NCBI RefSeq assembly: GCF_020745735.1
Contig: NC_083416.1
Coordinates: forward strand, 36,853,131-36,917,130
Direction of reading: 5' to 3'
From: Hemiscyllium ocellatum
Lineage: Eukaryota
Length of the DNA: 64,000 nucleotides
Shown here: positions 49,864-61,412 of the stretch, in pieces
Layout: every line of letters starts with the position of its first letter
Numbering within the stretch: position 1 is the stretch's first letter
The notes under the pieces: model-generated
What the model was told of the DNA's origin: nothing
Seen by the model: the letters and a program-made list of their open reading frames with translations, nothing else
Databases searched by the model: none
Made by a program: the position numbers and the translations under genes

Positions 49864-50861
49864 CTGTTTTAAACAGATTATACAAGTACAACTCAATTTC
49901 TATTGATGGGACTACAATTATCTTTATCTGCTTCAAGTATAGAATATGGACAATTCTGTTAAGTTAACCTTCATGTTATATTAAAGTATATAGTACCCAG
50001 AACACACTAATGGGTCCAATTAGTGTTTTTATTCTCTCCATTTGAATGTTGAAGGTTTCTCCCTTAAACTTTAATCCACTGTTTGTACTGCCAATCTTTA
50101 TGACATCAAAACCACCACTCAATTGTGACATCTATGCAGAAGTGATGTGATAATCATTGCATTTTAATATACTGTTTTGCCCCCTCTACACATTTTCTAG
50201 CACCTGGTCAGTACAACTTGAATGTAATGCATGCAAAGATCCTGAAGGTTCAAGTGTACTGGTAATTACCACTGTATACAACACTAGGTGCAAGTTTGCC
50301 AATTGTAATTTGGATCAGAAATTCAATGTTTGTTCGCTTTTTAGTGATTCTAATCAAAATGGAAAACAAGGTTTAGAGATTTACTTCAAAATGAGATTTG
50401 TACTCACAGCTAAAGTAAATTGGTTGTCTTCGTTTAAAGATTGACAGCAGACTAGTAAGTTTATGCTGACCAAAGCAATATCATTGATTAAGCTTTCCAG
50501 CTGCTACCTCATTGGCTTTTGGGTTACAGCACTAGTGCACCTTAGTAAAACTAAGGAGCCATTTATTCTAAAAATAGCTAGTGTATAAAAATTTCCAGCA
50601 CTTTGAAAAAAGGTAGTGGTTAACAGGTTAAGGACATGCATCAAAAGCCAACAGAATGGCAACTAGCCTAATGATTTTTGTCAAGAGACTTGTGACTAAG
50701 ACATGAATAGAGAACTAAAACATTACAATTTTACTTTTAATCTCATTAATCACATTTAACCTTTCACATCATCCATATCCAGGAGGCCAATATTTTGATA
50801 CAACACAAGTGTAACATTACATTTAAAGCACATTAATATTGCATTTGAGAATTTTGCCAAC

Positions 50862-50908
50862 CTGGTATACTTCACCATTAACAGCAGTCAGCTCTTCTTC
50901 GAATCCAC
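50862..50908 (-). CDS. CLTB: CLTB coding exon 2
   Basis: tttttcctcag acceptor; GGFEEELTAVNGEVYQ; 47 nt; phases fit exons 1 and 3. Confidence 0.9.
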
Positions 50909-52068
50909 CTGAGGAAAAACAAATATTGACTTCAAGTTCAGAATATTTAGTGAGTTGCCACTGTAGAACTTTAGGGCAAATATTGAGCAGTGAAAACTAG
51001 TTTACAGACAGTTTTCTTACTAAATAAGTTCATACATAATGTATTACATAGAAGCAGCAGCTCATCCAATTTCAACACTGCAATATAGAATTCATGCTGT
51101 TTGTAATAGTATTTGGAATGTGTTGAGAATCTGGGTGAGGCACACCTACAGGTTTGTGTTCACTAGTTTTACTACATATTGTTCAGATCAACCACACGAC
51201 CGTTTCTATGGTTCAACTTCATTCCACATTATATTGCTTACATCAAGTTCGGTAGTATAGCCTACATTTAAAAAGAGGAAAGATCAGTCTGATTGACCTT
51301 GACTCCACTGCACATTTGCAAAATAATCAGGTTGGACCACAGTATGGTCAACCATAAGCCATACTTTTACCCATGCACTTGACATGGAGGCTTGACAAAT
51401 GTTTTCGTGAAATCAAAATCCAGCAGCTTTGAGAAGCATTTTGGACTTTCAAACAAAGCAAGCTATCATGACATTCTTAACCAACCATAGTTCTTTATAT
51501 GGATAAAGAAGACCACAAAGTCTGAGTAGTAAGTCCAATATTCAGTAAGGTGCAAAAGCAAAGGAAGATTAATTGCCGTTCCTTTTTAGATTTGGTTGAT
51601 GAATATTCAATTATTGGGAAATTTTCCTTCTAAGAGAGAACAATGTAATGTTTAGTTTATACTTGTTCATCCACTTAAGGGGCGGCACGATTTATTTTTC
51701 ACAAACACTAGAGTGGTCATAAGGTGCTTGAGGTTTGTTGATGCATACACCAAGGGTTTACAGCCTTGACAAAACCTTCAGCTAATAGGGTGTATTAGCG
51801 AGAGAAAGTGAAACAAGCATCTAGTGACAGAGGTTCAGTATCTCAAAGACAAAGGTTGTGTGGGCTCAGTCAGTACAAAAAGATGCATGGGTTTACAAAT
51901 GTAAAAAAAAACTGTGGCTGAGGGAATTAAATGTTTCATAGCTTAGAGAAGCTCAAGCAGTTACTGATTAGAAGAAAAATCTCTAGAAACTAAAGTCATG
52001 CCAACAAAACAAGGAATTTTATAGTAGTCACTTCAGTGAAATTGGAGTACCTGTTTAAAAAAAGATAA

Positions 52069-52354
52069 AGATTAGACTAGTTTCCCTTCAGCCCAACAAG
52101 TGCACACTGACCCTTTGAAGAGTAGCCCACTAGACCCATTCCCCTACATTTACTCCTGACTAATGCACCTATCACTATGGGCAATTTAGTACAGCCAATC
52201 CACCTAACCTGCAAATCTTTGGAGCATGAGGAAACCAAAGCATGCACAGGAAACCCAGGCAGGCATGGGGAGAATGTGCAAACTCCACACCGGAGGTAGA
52301 GAATCAAACCCAGGTCCCTGGTGCTGAGGCAGCAGTGCTAGCCACTGAGCCACC
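52069..52354 (-). mobile_element. HE1-like V-SINE
   Basis: Reverse A/B box head and V-domain. Confidence 0.88.
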
Positions 52355-55300
52355 ATTTAAGATGGTTGAATCTTTGTTTCAAATACATCATGTACAGTGT
52401 AAAATGTTTTCCTACCCTGCACTGCTACAAGAGCTCACTGTGCACAGTAGCCACTATTTGCTATTGGGGAGTTCAGAAGTATTTTTGTTTCAAAGTTCTT
52501 GAAAACCAGTGGTCATGAAAGACATTGTAAATTGAATTATATCTTGAAATAACCCAATGAGGGGTTATTCAACTTGTGTAATAAAGCTAAAACAACAAAA
52601 TGTGAATGGAAAGCAGCAATACTTTCACAGCAATTTTATGCTGTTCACCTTAAAGTGAACAATGATGTTAAGCTGCTGTCCAAATTCCACAAAAAGTGTG
52701 ATTAGCCTCATTGTTGCTGACTACAAAATTTGGTACAGTAGGTTACTGCTGGTACTAATTTTTCAGTAGCATACAAGATTCAAACAGCTACAGTCACGCA
52801 CCAAGGCATGTATTAAATAATTTAAGATGCTGCATTTCATGCTCAAAGGTCAAATGAAAAACATACTCCAGTTTCAATGGCATTTGAAACTGGAACATGC
52901 TCATTCCATTTCAAATGCTTTGGCAATTTTGGGGAGCAATATCCTTGATGTTAAAAATCTCAATGCTGGATTTTTTGATGTCATCACCATACTTAAAAAA
53001 AGTGATGCTGTAAAAGAGTTTCAATCGGGTTAGCTAAAAACCTGACCAAAACCAATTTTCCAGCTCAACAAATCCACTCCATGCTAGAACATTGCACCCA
53101 AGTTTCTTTTGGAGAGGTAAGTGAAATTTCTACCTTTAGCAGCATTTCAGGTGGCAAAATCCAAACATTCACTAACCTGAGGAAAAATCCCTCCAATGCC
53201 AGTATATACTCATTTGTGGTCTAACAAGTACATTCAGAGAATAATCAAAATTTCAGTATTATTCTGCAGTCTGCTTAAATATTCAATTCATCTGCTTCCT
53301 ACAAAAATGCATATAATCTAGAAAAATGAGATAGGTTGAGTGAGCAACAAATCAATATATATCCCTCTGCAGACCGCCATCCTTACCATTTGCCTTCTGA
53401 CCTACACATCACCTAAACTTGGTGACAGTACATTTGTTCTCATTTTATTTACTAATTATGACAAATAATTGCAGCCTCAGTGCTAATTGGGACTAATTAT
53501 ATGTTTAGCATGAAGACCATGCAACTCCTTCACATGACAGGAAAGCAGCCAAAATAAACAACAAATTCTATTTCAACTGATTAGCCTTACCATAACCATC
53601 TACTGGCACATGCTGCCTTCCAAGGTCCATGCAGATGTAAACATTCGGGGTTGCCTGTAGATCTTACTATCTATTGTGTATTCATTTACTTTGTTTGCCC
53701 TCCCAAATGCACTGTCTCTTCTCTATATTCAACTCTAGAGAGTGGAATAGGCTTCTGTAGTATCTCCACATCCAGAAGGCAACATCAGGGCAAGTATTGG
53801 ACATTAATATTAAAAAAATGTATGCACTAGTCAAGATAGATTATCCAAATAGAGAACCTAGATGCATCACTAACAGGAAGCTACATCAACATGTGGACAT
53901 AGAGGTGAGCTCAGAACAATATTGCGAAACAAAAAAAAACATCCATTCTTGAAAGGAATCAGAATACAGTGATAGAAGCCCAATAAGTAACTGGATAAGC
54001 AATGTGAACAGTCCTGGTTTTCAGAACTGTCTAAATTTATTTTAACTGCAGAGGACTATAGCTATGTATACCTGGATGTGATGAATAAGAGACCAGATTT
54101 TTGATTTAATATCAAGGGCAGATGAACAATGTCAGGGAAGCACAAATTCAGTCTTAGTAATTTTATCATATAGCAACACACTTAGTAAAGTCATTGGCTT
54201 CAGGGAACAAACCCAGGCAAGGGCAGAAATGAAGGACAAATAGAAAATAGATCATTGCAATTGAGCTGCCTTTTCATTAAATCGATCATATTGCCTCATT
54301 ACAAGGGTGCAGTCAATATGGTTTGTTCATCAGGCCTTCAAGGTTGGAAACTGCACTAAGAGTCAGGAAATTTAGACTGGAGGCAGGGAAGAGTAGCTGT
54401 ACAGACTAGCAATCCGAATTAGTTTACTGTTGTTTCGGTTCAGAGATGCTACAATAATTCGAGATTAATATGCAACTTTGCATATTGGCACACCAGCCTC
54501 ATTAACAGACCAATTCCAGTTATTAAACTTATTGCAACTTCAAATGGTTTTAGATATTGGGAGTCAAAGACAGTACCTGAATTTACATGAAAACTGGATT
54601 CAATGTCCAGCAAGATCATGCAGCTCCTTCACGTGACAGGAAAAAAGGTCAGATAAACAGTGAACTATATTGAGCAAAGTACTCAAAGTGTACAGCTTAA
54701 TGCAAGTCATAGTTTGGCTCAGGTCAGTGGAATAAAAGTCACCTATTAAATAAAGCAGGGCAGATCAGAGTTTTGAAAATATAGTTATTTAAATCTCAGA
54801 CATGGGCTAAACTGTTAGAACACTTTTCACTTGTAACTGGCATTTCCACAGTGTATACTCAAATAGAAAATAAGTTTCACATTAGTAAACTAGAAATTCT
54901 GCTGTCTGACACTATGGATACAAATTTTTCAACGCACTTCCATTCTGCTTAATGCAGTTCACCCTAACAGTTCAGGTCCCATATAGGGAAGAGTGAAAAT
55001 AATTTGAAGTACTTCACAATTAAATGACTCTAGTCATAATATTTTTGTTATCAACACAAGTTAGTGTTTAAGGACATTGATAAATTCTTCTATCAATCTT
55101 CCATTAAGCCAGATCACAAGGAAAATATCAACCAAAAGTATTTAAACTGAAAACTAAACAAGTTAGCAAAACAATTAAAATAACTCAAGAAAAAAAAAGG
55201 TATGCACTCAACTTGAGTAATAGTTAGGTCAGAGCTTAAAGCACTACCACTACATGTGTAAAGCTGAAAGGGTACAGTTTCCACCCTTGACATCTCAGAT

Positions 55301-56795
55301 TTCAACTTTAAATTTTGATGGCAATCATGGCCCACACCACTGGTTTCTATATTCACTTAGAAAATATTGTGCAGTTTTAAACTAGACATTCTATGCTACT
55401 TTACAAGGAACCTCAACTAAGTGAGCATTAAGCCCTCCCTCCCAGGTGATACCATTTATTTTAACAGCTTCAAAATATCACTAAAACAAGCCTAACCCAA
55501 ATCAGCAGCAAGCAGATGATAGAACCAGTCTACAACTTGGCAATGAGTAGTGCAATCCTACTTGACAGCAACTACTCCAATTGGTCAACCCCATGACTAT
55601 ATTCTCCCAGAAGTCTCTGGGAGAGAAGTTTACAGTTACAAACAAACAATACTGCCACAGAAATACATGTTTCACAGCTAGGTGTCTATATAGTGTTGTC
55701 TTTTGACAGTGAAAGAAAGACTGCATTTGATCGAGGAATACCATTAATGAACCTTAAATGGATCAGAGCAATAAAGTTGCTTCTGAAGCAACTATCTTAA
55801 CTAGAATGTTTCTTCATCAGCTTTTTGACTTGTGAATCTTGGCACTAAAGCTTTTATACCCTTAAAAGAGAACCACATACTGGAAACAAATTCTTTACAT
55901 ATTTGTTGGCCTATTTCAATATCTATTTAAAAAGAGGCAAATTTTAGTACAGCCAGGATATTTAAACTGCTGCACATTTAAATCGCACAAGCAAATTCGC
56001 ATTAATTGCACTGATATTTGCCAATGGTGGTAGAAACTTGGAATGGCATAATAAAAAATTGAAGACGCTTCTTCACATGGTCAGTGGGTGGACAAGGTAT
56101 TAAAGGTACTGATGTAGGAAGAACTAAAGGTTATATATCTGTTATTACCAGTAGGCACTATCTGAATAGCGATTTTCAGTTCGTTTGTATTTCGACCGTT
56201 TAACTAAAAGATAGAATCGTATCTTATTGTGTTATAAAAACAATCCAGCAGGAGTCAAAAAGTAAACAGTCTACAAAAGAAATGCTTCGTTCACAATTTT
56301 AATAATGCACTAGCCAATTTGCAATAGAGAGTCTTCCGTTACGCGGGAAACATGATAAAAGTGCGAGCACTGATAAGTTATCCTTCCACTAATAGCACAA
56401 TAACAGATGCCTGACTAAAGAACAGCAGCGCTGGAGCGGAAACCGGGGCAGGAAGAAAGCTGTAAAAAGATTTAATTTTGCAAAAGTAGCCGGTGTTAGG
56501 ATACTACTGGGATATTTCCCGCTAGCCATGGTCACTCAGACACAGGAGGCGACAGTGCGGGAAGACAGGTTTTTGACTCCGGTGACACCAGAAACCGAAC
56601 ACTGAAATACTTGAGTCAGAGCAGCGGGAAGGCCGGAAGCAAAGACAGAGTGAACTCGGCCAGCCCCACCTCGACAGGTCCGGGCCGAGCCAAGCCACAC
56701 TGAGAGTGAGATCGTCGCAAGAATCCAAGATCCACCGCCACAGTCTCCATCACCCAGCCCCCTCCCAGAGCCACGACCTCCCCGGCCACTCTCAC

Positions 56796-56988
56796 CTCCA
56801 GTGTCATGAGAGGAGTGACCCGGCAAGGCCGACGGCACCTCGCCCCCGTCCAAGATACTGAAGCCCTCGTCGTTCTCGATGCCGGCGATCTCGCTCTCCT
56901 GCTGCGCCAGGAAAGCGGCGGCCGGATCCTCCTCGGCGCTGCCCGTGGTGCCGTTGTCCGACGAAAAGAAACCGAAGTCTTCAGCCAT
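56796..56988 (-). CDS. CLTB: Clathrin light chain B, coding exon 1
   Basis: MAEDFGFFSS...EEDPAAAFLAQQESEIAGIEND, the invariant clathrin light chain consensus segment. CLTB-type N-terminus; 193 nt; GTGAGA donor; neighbours are NOP16 and HIGD2A. Confidence 0.93.
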
Positions 56989-56989
56989 C

Positions 56990-57200
56990 TTCAAAAGACC
57001 GGGCTTGAGACTTGATCGAAACCGGAAGCCAGTTGCAAGAAAATCGGAAATGGTCCGCACAGCCCTTACGTCATCTTTATACAACCGCCTTGCGCAGGGG
57101 CTCCGCCTGCTTGGCCACGTTTAACCGCGCCTGCGCATTCACGTCGATTCCGTAAACGTGATTGACAGACGCCTCTACCAATAGGATAAGAGGTAGTAAT
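56990..57200 (-). promoter_or_regulatory. CLTB CpG-rich promoter / 5' UTR
   Basis: ETS-like ACCGGAAG at 57021, CRE-like TTACGTCA at 57066, NRF1-like GCGCCTGCGCA at 57127, TGATTGACAG at 57159, CCAAT at 57178. Confidence 0.75.
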
Positions 57201-59378
57201 CATTTAAGCCAACAAAATTGACTGAGGTCTCATAGAATAGTGGTAGGTACAGATCTCACCTACTCCAGAGCTATGAGTTAACATTCATGAACAGGTTGTG
57301 GTGAAGAATAAACCCATTCTTACCATCAAAAAGACAAAAAAAAATCTGACATAAAATCCAGAAGTCACATGACACTAGGTTGTTTTCCAACAGAAAGTGA
57401 AAAACAGATATGTGAGGAGATCTCAGATCCATGCGAGCATAATAATGGGGGCATTTATTTTTCATAACATTGGGGCTACCATAAAAATTTGTTGAAGAAT
57501 TTGTCAAATATGTCCAAGAAACACTAGGGAAGGAGCAGAACTAGACTTTTCTGAGCAATAATACAGTGCAGATGACTTAAGTAAAAGTGGGGGAACACTT
57601 GGGGTCTATCGATACTAATTCTTTTAGTTTCAAAATGGTTATGGAAAAGGATGTCTTCCATAAAAAGTTAAAGTTTTTAATTGGAATAAGGCAAATTTAA
57701 ATGTTATGAATTTTCGAAAATTGATTGGAGTAGACTGTTCACAAATAAAAGGATACCTGAAAAGTGGGAGGCTTTCAAGAGTGTGATGACAAGAGTTCAG
57801 AGGCATTATGTTCCTGTTTGCGTGAAGGATAAGGCTGGTAAGATTAAGGAACAGTGGATGAATAAAGATATTAAGGTTCTCGTGAAGACTAAAAGAGAAT
57901 GTTACTTTAGGTATAGGCAAGTTGGTACAATTGAATCTCTCAATCAATATAAAAAGGGAAGGAGCATTCTTAAGAAAGAAATAAGGAAGGCAAAGAGAGA
58001 ATATGAGATATGAGAGAGAGGGTAGGGCCTCTCAAACATCAAGGAAGCCGTCCTAATGTTGAACCCCAAGATTTGGGAGAGATACTAAATGAAAATTTTG
58101 CATCAGTTTTTACTGTCGAGAAATAAATAATCTAGAGAATGGAGAAAATAAATTTGGATATTTTAAAAACAATTCACAGAAAACAGTTAAAGAAGAGGAG
58201 GTTCGGGAGGTCTTAGAGAAAATAAAGCTGGATAAATCTTCGGGACTTGGTCTAATGTATCCCAGAACTTTGTGGGAGGTAAGAGATGAAATTGCAGAAA
58301 TATTTGCATAATCTAAAACTAAGGTGAATTATCTGATAACTGATGGGTAGCTAATGTTGAACCTTTGTTGAAGAAAGGCTGTAAGGAGAACCTAGGGAAC
58401 TATAGGCCTACGAGTCTGACTTCAGTTGTGGGTAAATTGGTGGAGATAATTAGAAAAGATAGGATTTATGGACACCTAGGGAGGCAAAAAATTATTCGGG
58501 ATAGTCAGCATGGTTTTGAGCGAGAAAAACTGTCTCACGAACTTTATTGAGATTTTTGAGGAAGTTAGTAAAAGGATTGATGATAGCAGAGGGGTAGATG
58601 TTGTTTATCTATATTTTAGTAAAGCCTTTGACAAGGTTCTGCGTGATAAACTAATTAGTAAACTTGGGTCATGTGGATTCAGGGTGAGCTTGCCAATTGG
58701 ATACATAATTGGCTTAACAGCAGGAGACATGGTGGTGGAGGGTTGCTTTTTGGACTGGATGCCTGTCACCACCGATATTCCACAGGAATCAGTTCTGGGT
58801 TCTCTTTTGTTTGCCATTTATATAAATGATTTGGATGAGAATTTAGAAGTCATGGTTGGTAAGTTTGCAGATGAACTAAACTTGTTGGCACAGTAGAAAG
58901 TGAAGATTTTCTAAGGTTACAAAGGAATCTTGATCAAATGGGTCAATGGGATGAAAAATGACAGACCAAGTTCAATCTGGATAAATGTGAGGTATTACAT
59001 TTTGGTACAACAAACAAGGGTAGGGCTTCTATAATGAAGAGTAGGGCCTAGCGTAGTGTTGTAGAACACAGGGATCTAGGGGTTCACGTACATAATTCTT
59101 CAAAGTTTGTGTCACATATAGACAGGGTGGTTAAAAAGGCATTTGGGATGCTTACCTTCACTGCTCAGTCCTTTCAGTACGGGAGTTGGGAAGTAATGTT
59201 GAGGTTGTACAGAACATTGGTGAGGCCTCTACTGAAATACTGTGTCCAGTTCTGGTCTCCTAGTTATATGAAGGACATTGTTAAGCTAGAGAGGGTTCAG
59301 AAGAGATTTACCAGGGTGTCGCGAGGTATGGAAGGTTTGAGTTATAAAGCAAGGTTGGACTGGCTGGGACTGTTTTCA

Positions 59379-59581
59379 GGTAAAAAAATGAGGTCTGCAG
59401 ATGCTGGAGATCACAGTTGAAAACGTGTTGCTGGTTAAAGCACAGCAGGTCAGGCAGCATCCAAGGAATAGGAAATTCGACGTTTCGATTCCTGATGAAG
59501 GGCTTATGCCCGAAACGTCGAATTTCCTATTCCTTGGATGCTGCCTGACCTGCTGTGCTTTAACCAGCAACACGTTTTCAA
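59379..59581 (+). mobile_element. 203-bp perfect-hairpin mini element with intact hammerhead
   Basis: 74-bp perfect arms 59414-59487 / 59511-59584; 15-bp TSD CTGGGACTGTTTTCA (59364-59378 / 59582-59596). Confidence 0.93.
59488..59523 (+). ncRNA. Minimal type I hammerhead ribozyme
   Basis: attc-CTGATGA-a-gggc(ttat)gccc-GAAA-C-GTC-gaat, with all core nucleotides intact. Confidence 0.87.
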
Positions 59582-59949
59582 CTGGGACTGTTTTCACTAG
59601 AGTATAGGAAGTTTACAAAATAATGGGAGGTATAGATAGAGTTAATGATCGTTGTCTTTTACCTTGGATGGGGATTTCAAGACTGGGGACACATTTTTAA
59701 GGTGAGAAGAAAGAGATTTTAAAAAAGAACATGACGGGAAAATTCTTTACATTGAGGGTGGTTTGCATGTGGAATGAACTTCCTGAAGAAGTGGTGGTTG
59801 TGGATACAATTACAATGTTTAAAATACATTTATGTAGGTACATGTATAGGAAAGGTTTGGAGGGATATGGGCCAATAGCAGGCAGGTGGGACTAGTTTGG
59901 TTTGGGATTATGTTTGGCATGGACTGGTTGGACCGAAAGGTCTGTTTCC

Positions 59950-60035
59950 ATGACGAAGGAGCAGTGGTCCGAAATCTTGAGATTTCAAATAAATCTGTTG
60001 GACTATAACCTGGTGTCATGTGACTTCTGACTATA
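59950..60035 (+). mobile_element. Family A pLTR fragment fused to a CR1 tail
   Basis: tgacgaaggagcagtggtccgaaa...gttggactataacctggtg directly follows CR1 gtctgtttcca. Confidence 0.75.
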
Positions 60036-60216
60036 TAAAATCCAATCCAGGATCCCCGTCAGCCCTCCAATGTAATTTCACTGGTCATTGTGTGTTCATT
60101 CCCCGAGGAACAATTCCTAAAGCTGCTGGAGAATTGTTTCTGCCAATGATAATGTGCCATGCTGTTGTCACCGTAACATTCACTATTACTTTCCATTCAA
60201 AAACTTAGATTAGGAA

Positions 60217-60375
60217 ATAAAAAGCTGTGGATGCTGGAAATCAGAAGCAAAAACAGAAATTGCTGAAAAATCTTAGCAGGCAGCATCTGTGGAGAAAAAT
60301 AAGAGTTAACATTTTTGTCTAGTGACCCTTCTTCAGAAGTCATGATAGTTAGGACCAAAACAAAACTTTTCCTAG
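60217..60375 (-). mobile_element. Solo pLTR-type insertion with degenerate hammerhead (CTGAAGA core)
   Basis: 13-bp TSD CTTAGATTAGGAA (60204-60216 / 60376-60388). Confidence 0.7.
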
Positions 60376-60405
60376 CTTAGATTAGGAATATTGACTCTTA
60401 AAGTA

Positions 60406-60731
60406 GGTGGCACGGTGGCTCAGCGGTTAACACTGCAGCCCCCTGGCAGTGCTAGGGAGCCGTGTTCAATTCCACCCTTGGCTGACTGTTTGTGTGGAGT
60501 TTGCACATTCCCTCCATGTCTACATGGGTTTGCTCTGGTTTCCTCCCACATTCCAAAGATGTGTAGATTAAATGGATTGGCCATCTTAAATTGGTCAGCA
60601 GTGTGCAGGTGAGGTGGATTAACCATGGAAAATGCAGGGTTACAGGGAGAGGGTAGAGGGCAAGGATGCTCTTTGGAGGGTTGGGATGGGCCAAATGGTC
60701 TGCTTCCATACTTGTAGGGATTGTACGATTC
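60406..60731 (+). mobile_element. HE1-like V-SINE
   Basis: ggtggcacggtggctcagcggtta head, B box gttcaattcc, V-domain. Confidence 0.88.
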
Positions 60732-61296
60732 TTTAAAAAAAACCACAAATTGTTGCAGCAGGCCATTCTCCAAATGAGCAATTCATCAAGTGTCACAACT
60801 TCTATCTTTTCCATGTCCTTTCAATGCTCTACACTACAATCACAGTTTACAATGCCTTCAAGTTTCATGTGATCCACGCAGTACAATCACCAGTACACAC
60901 CAAGAAAAGAAAGAGTCTCAACATTTATTCCTGGGGAACTCCTTCCTCCAGTCTGAAAACACCTATTAACCACTATTCTCAGTTTTTTGTCATTCATGGC
61001 AGTGGTGAGAGATGTTATAGATTCTGTGAAGAATAAGGTTGAATCCATTTGAATGGAAATTCTAAGAAGAAAAAGTCACTGATAGGTCACTAAATAATAA
61101 TATCACTTTGGGACAGGCAATAAACAAACAAATAACTAATGCCTGTAAAAATGGTACATCAGTTATCATGGGGGATCTTTATCTACTTGTCAATTGGTCG
61201 AACCAGATCAGGGTAGCCTCGAGAAGGAGTTCATTGATTTTTTTTCTTGAACAGTATGTAGTGGAATTGATGAGGGAGCAAGCTATCCTAGATCTA

Positions 61297-61412
61297 GGCG
61301 AAAGTGAGTACTGCAGACACTGGAGATTAGATTCAAGAGTGTGGTGCTGGAAAAGCACAGCAAGTCAGGCAGCATCCGAGGAGCAGGAAAATTGACGTTT
61401 CGGGCAAAGGTC
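61297..61412 (-). mobile_element. 116-bp solo pLTR arm with tail, truncated in hammerhead stem II
   Basis: 14-bp TSD CTATCCTAGATCTA (61283-61296 / 61413-61426). Confidence 0.87.

Larger units (their letters stand above)
57500..59950 (+). mobile_element. Degenerate CR1 LINE ORF2
   Basis: NYRPTSLTSVVGK, FSKAFDKV, GKFADE and LYRTLVRPLL motifs; 3' tail. Confidence 0.88.

Noticed and set aside
56536-57124. 182-aa ORF and overlapping ORFs at the CLTB 5' end
   Set aside because: Read-through of CLTB exon 1 into the UTR and intron, plus GC-rich antisense frames.
59379-59581. Class II MITE or miRNA gene interpretation of the palindromes
   Set aside because: TSDs are long and variable (11-18 bp), the tail is one-sided, and the arms match PLE pLTRs. 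No miRNA evidence is visible from sequence alone.
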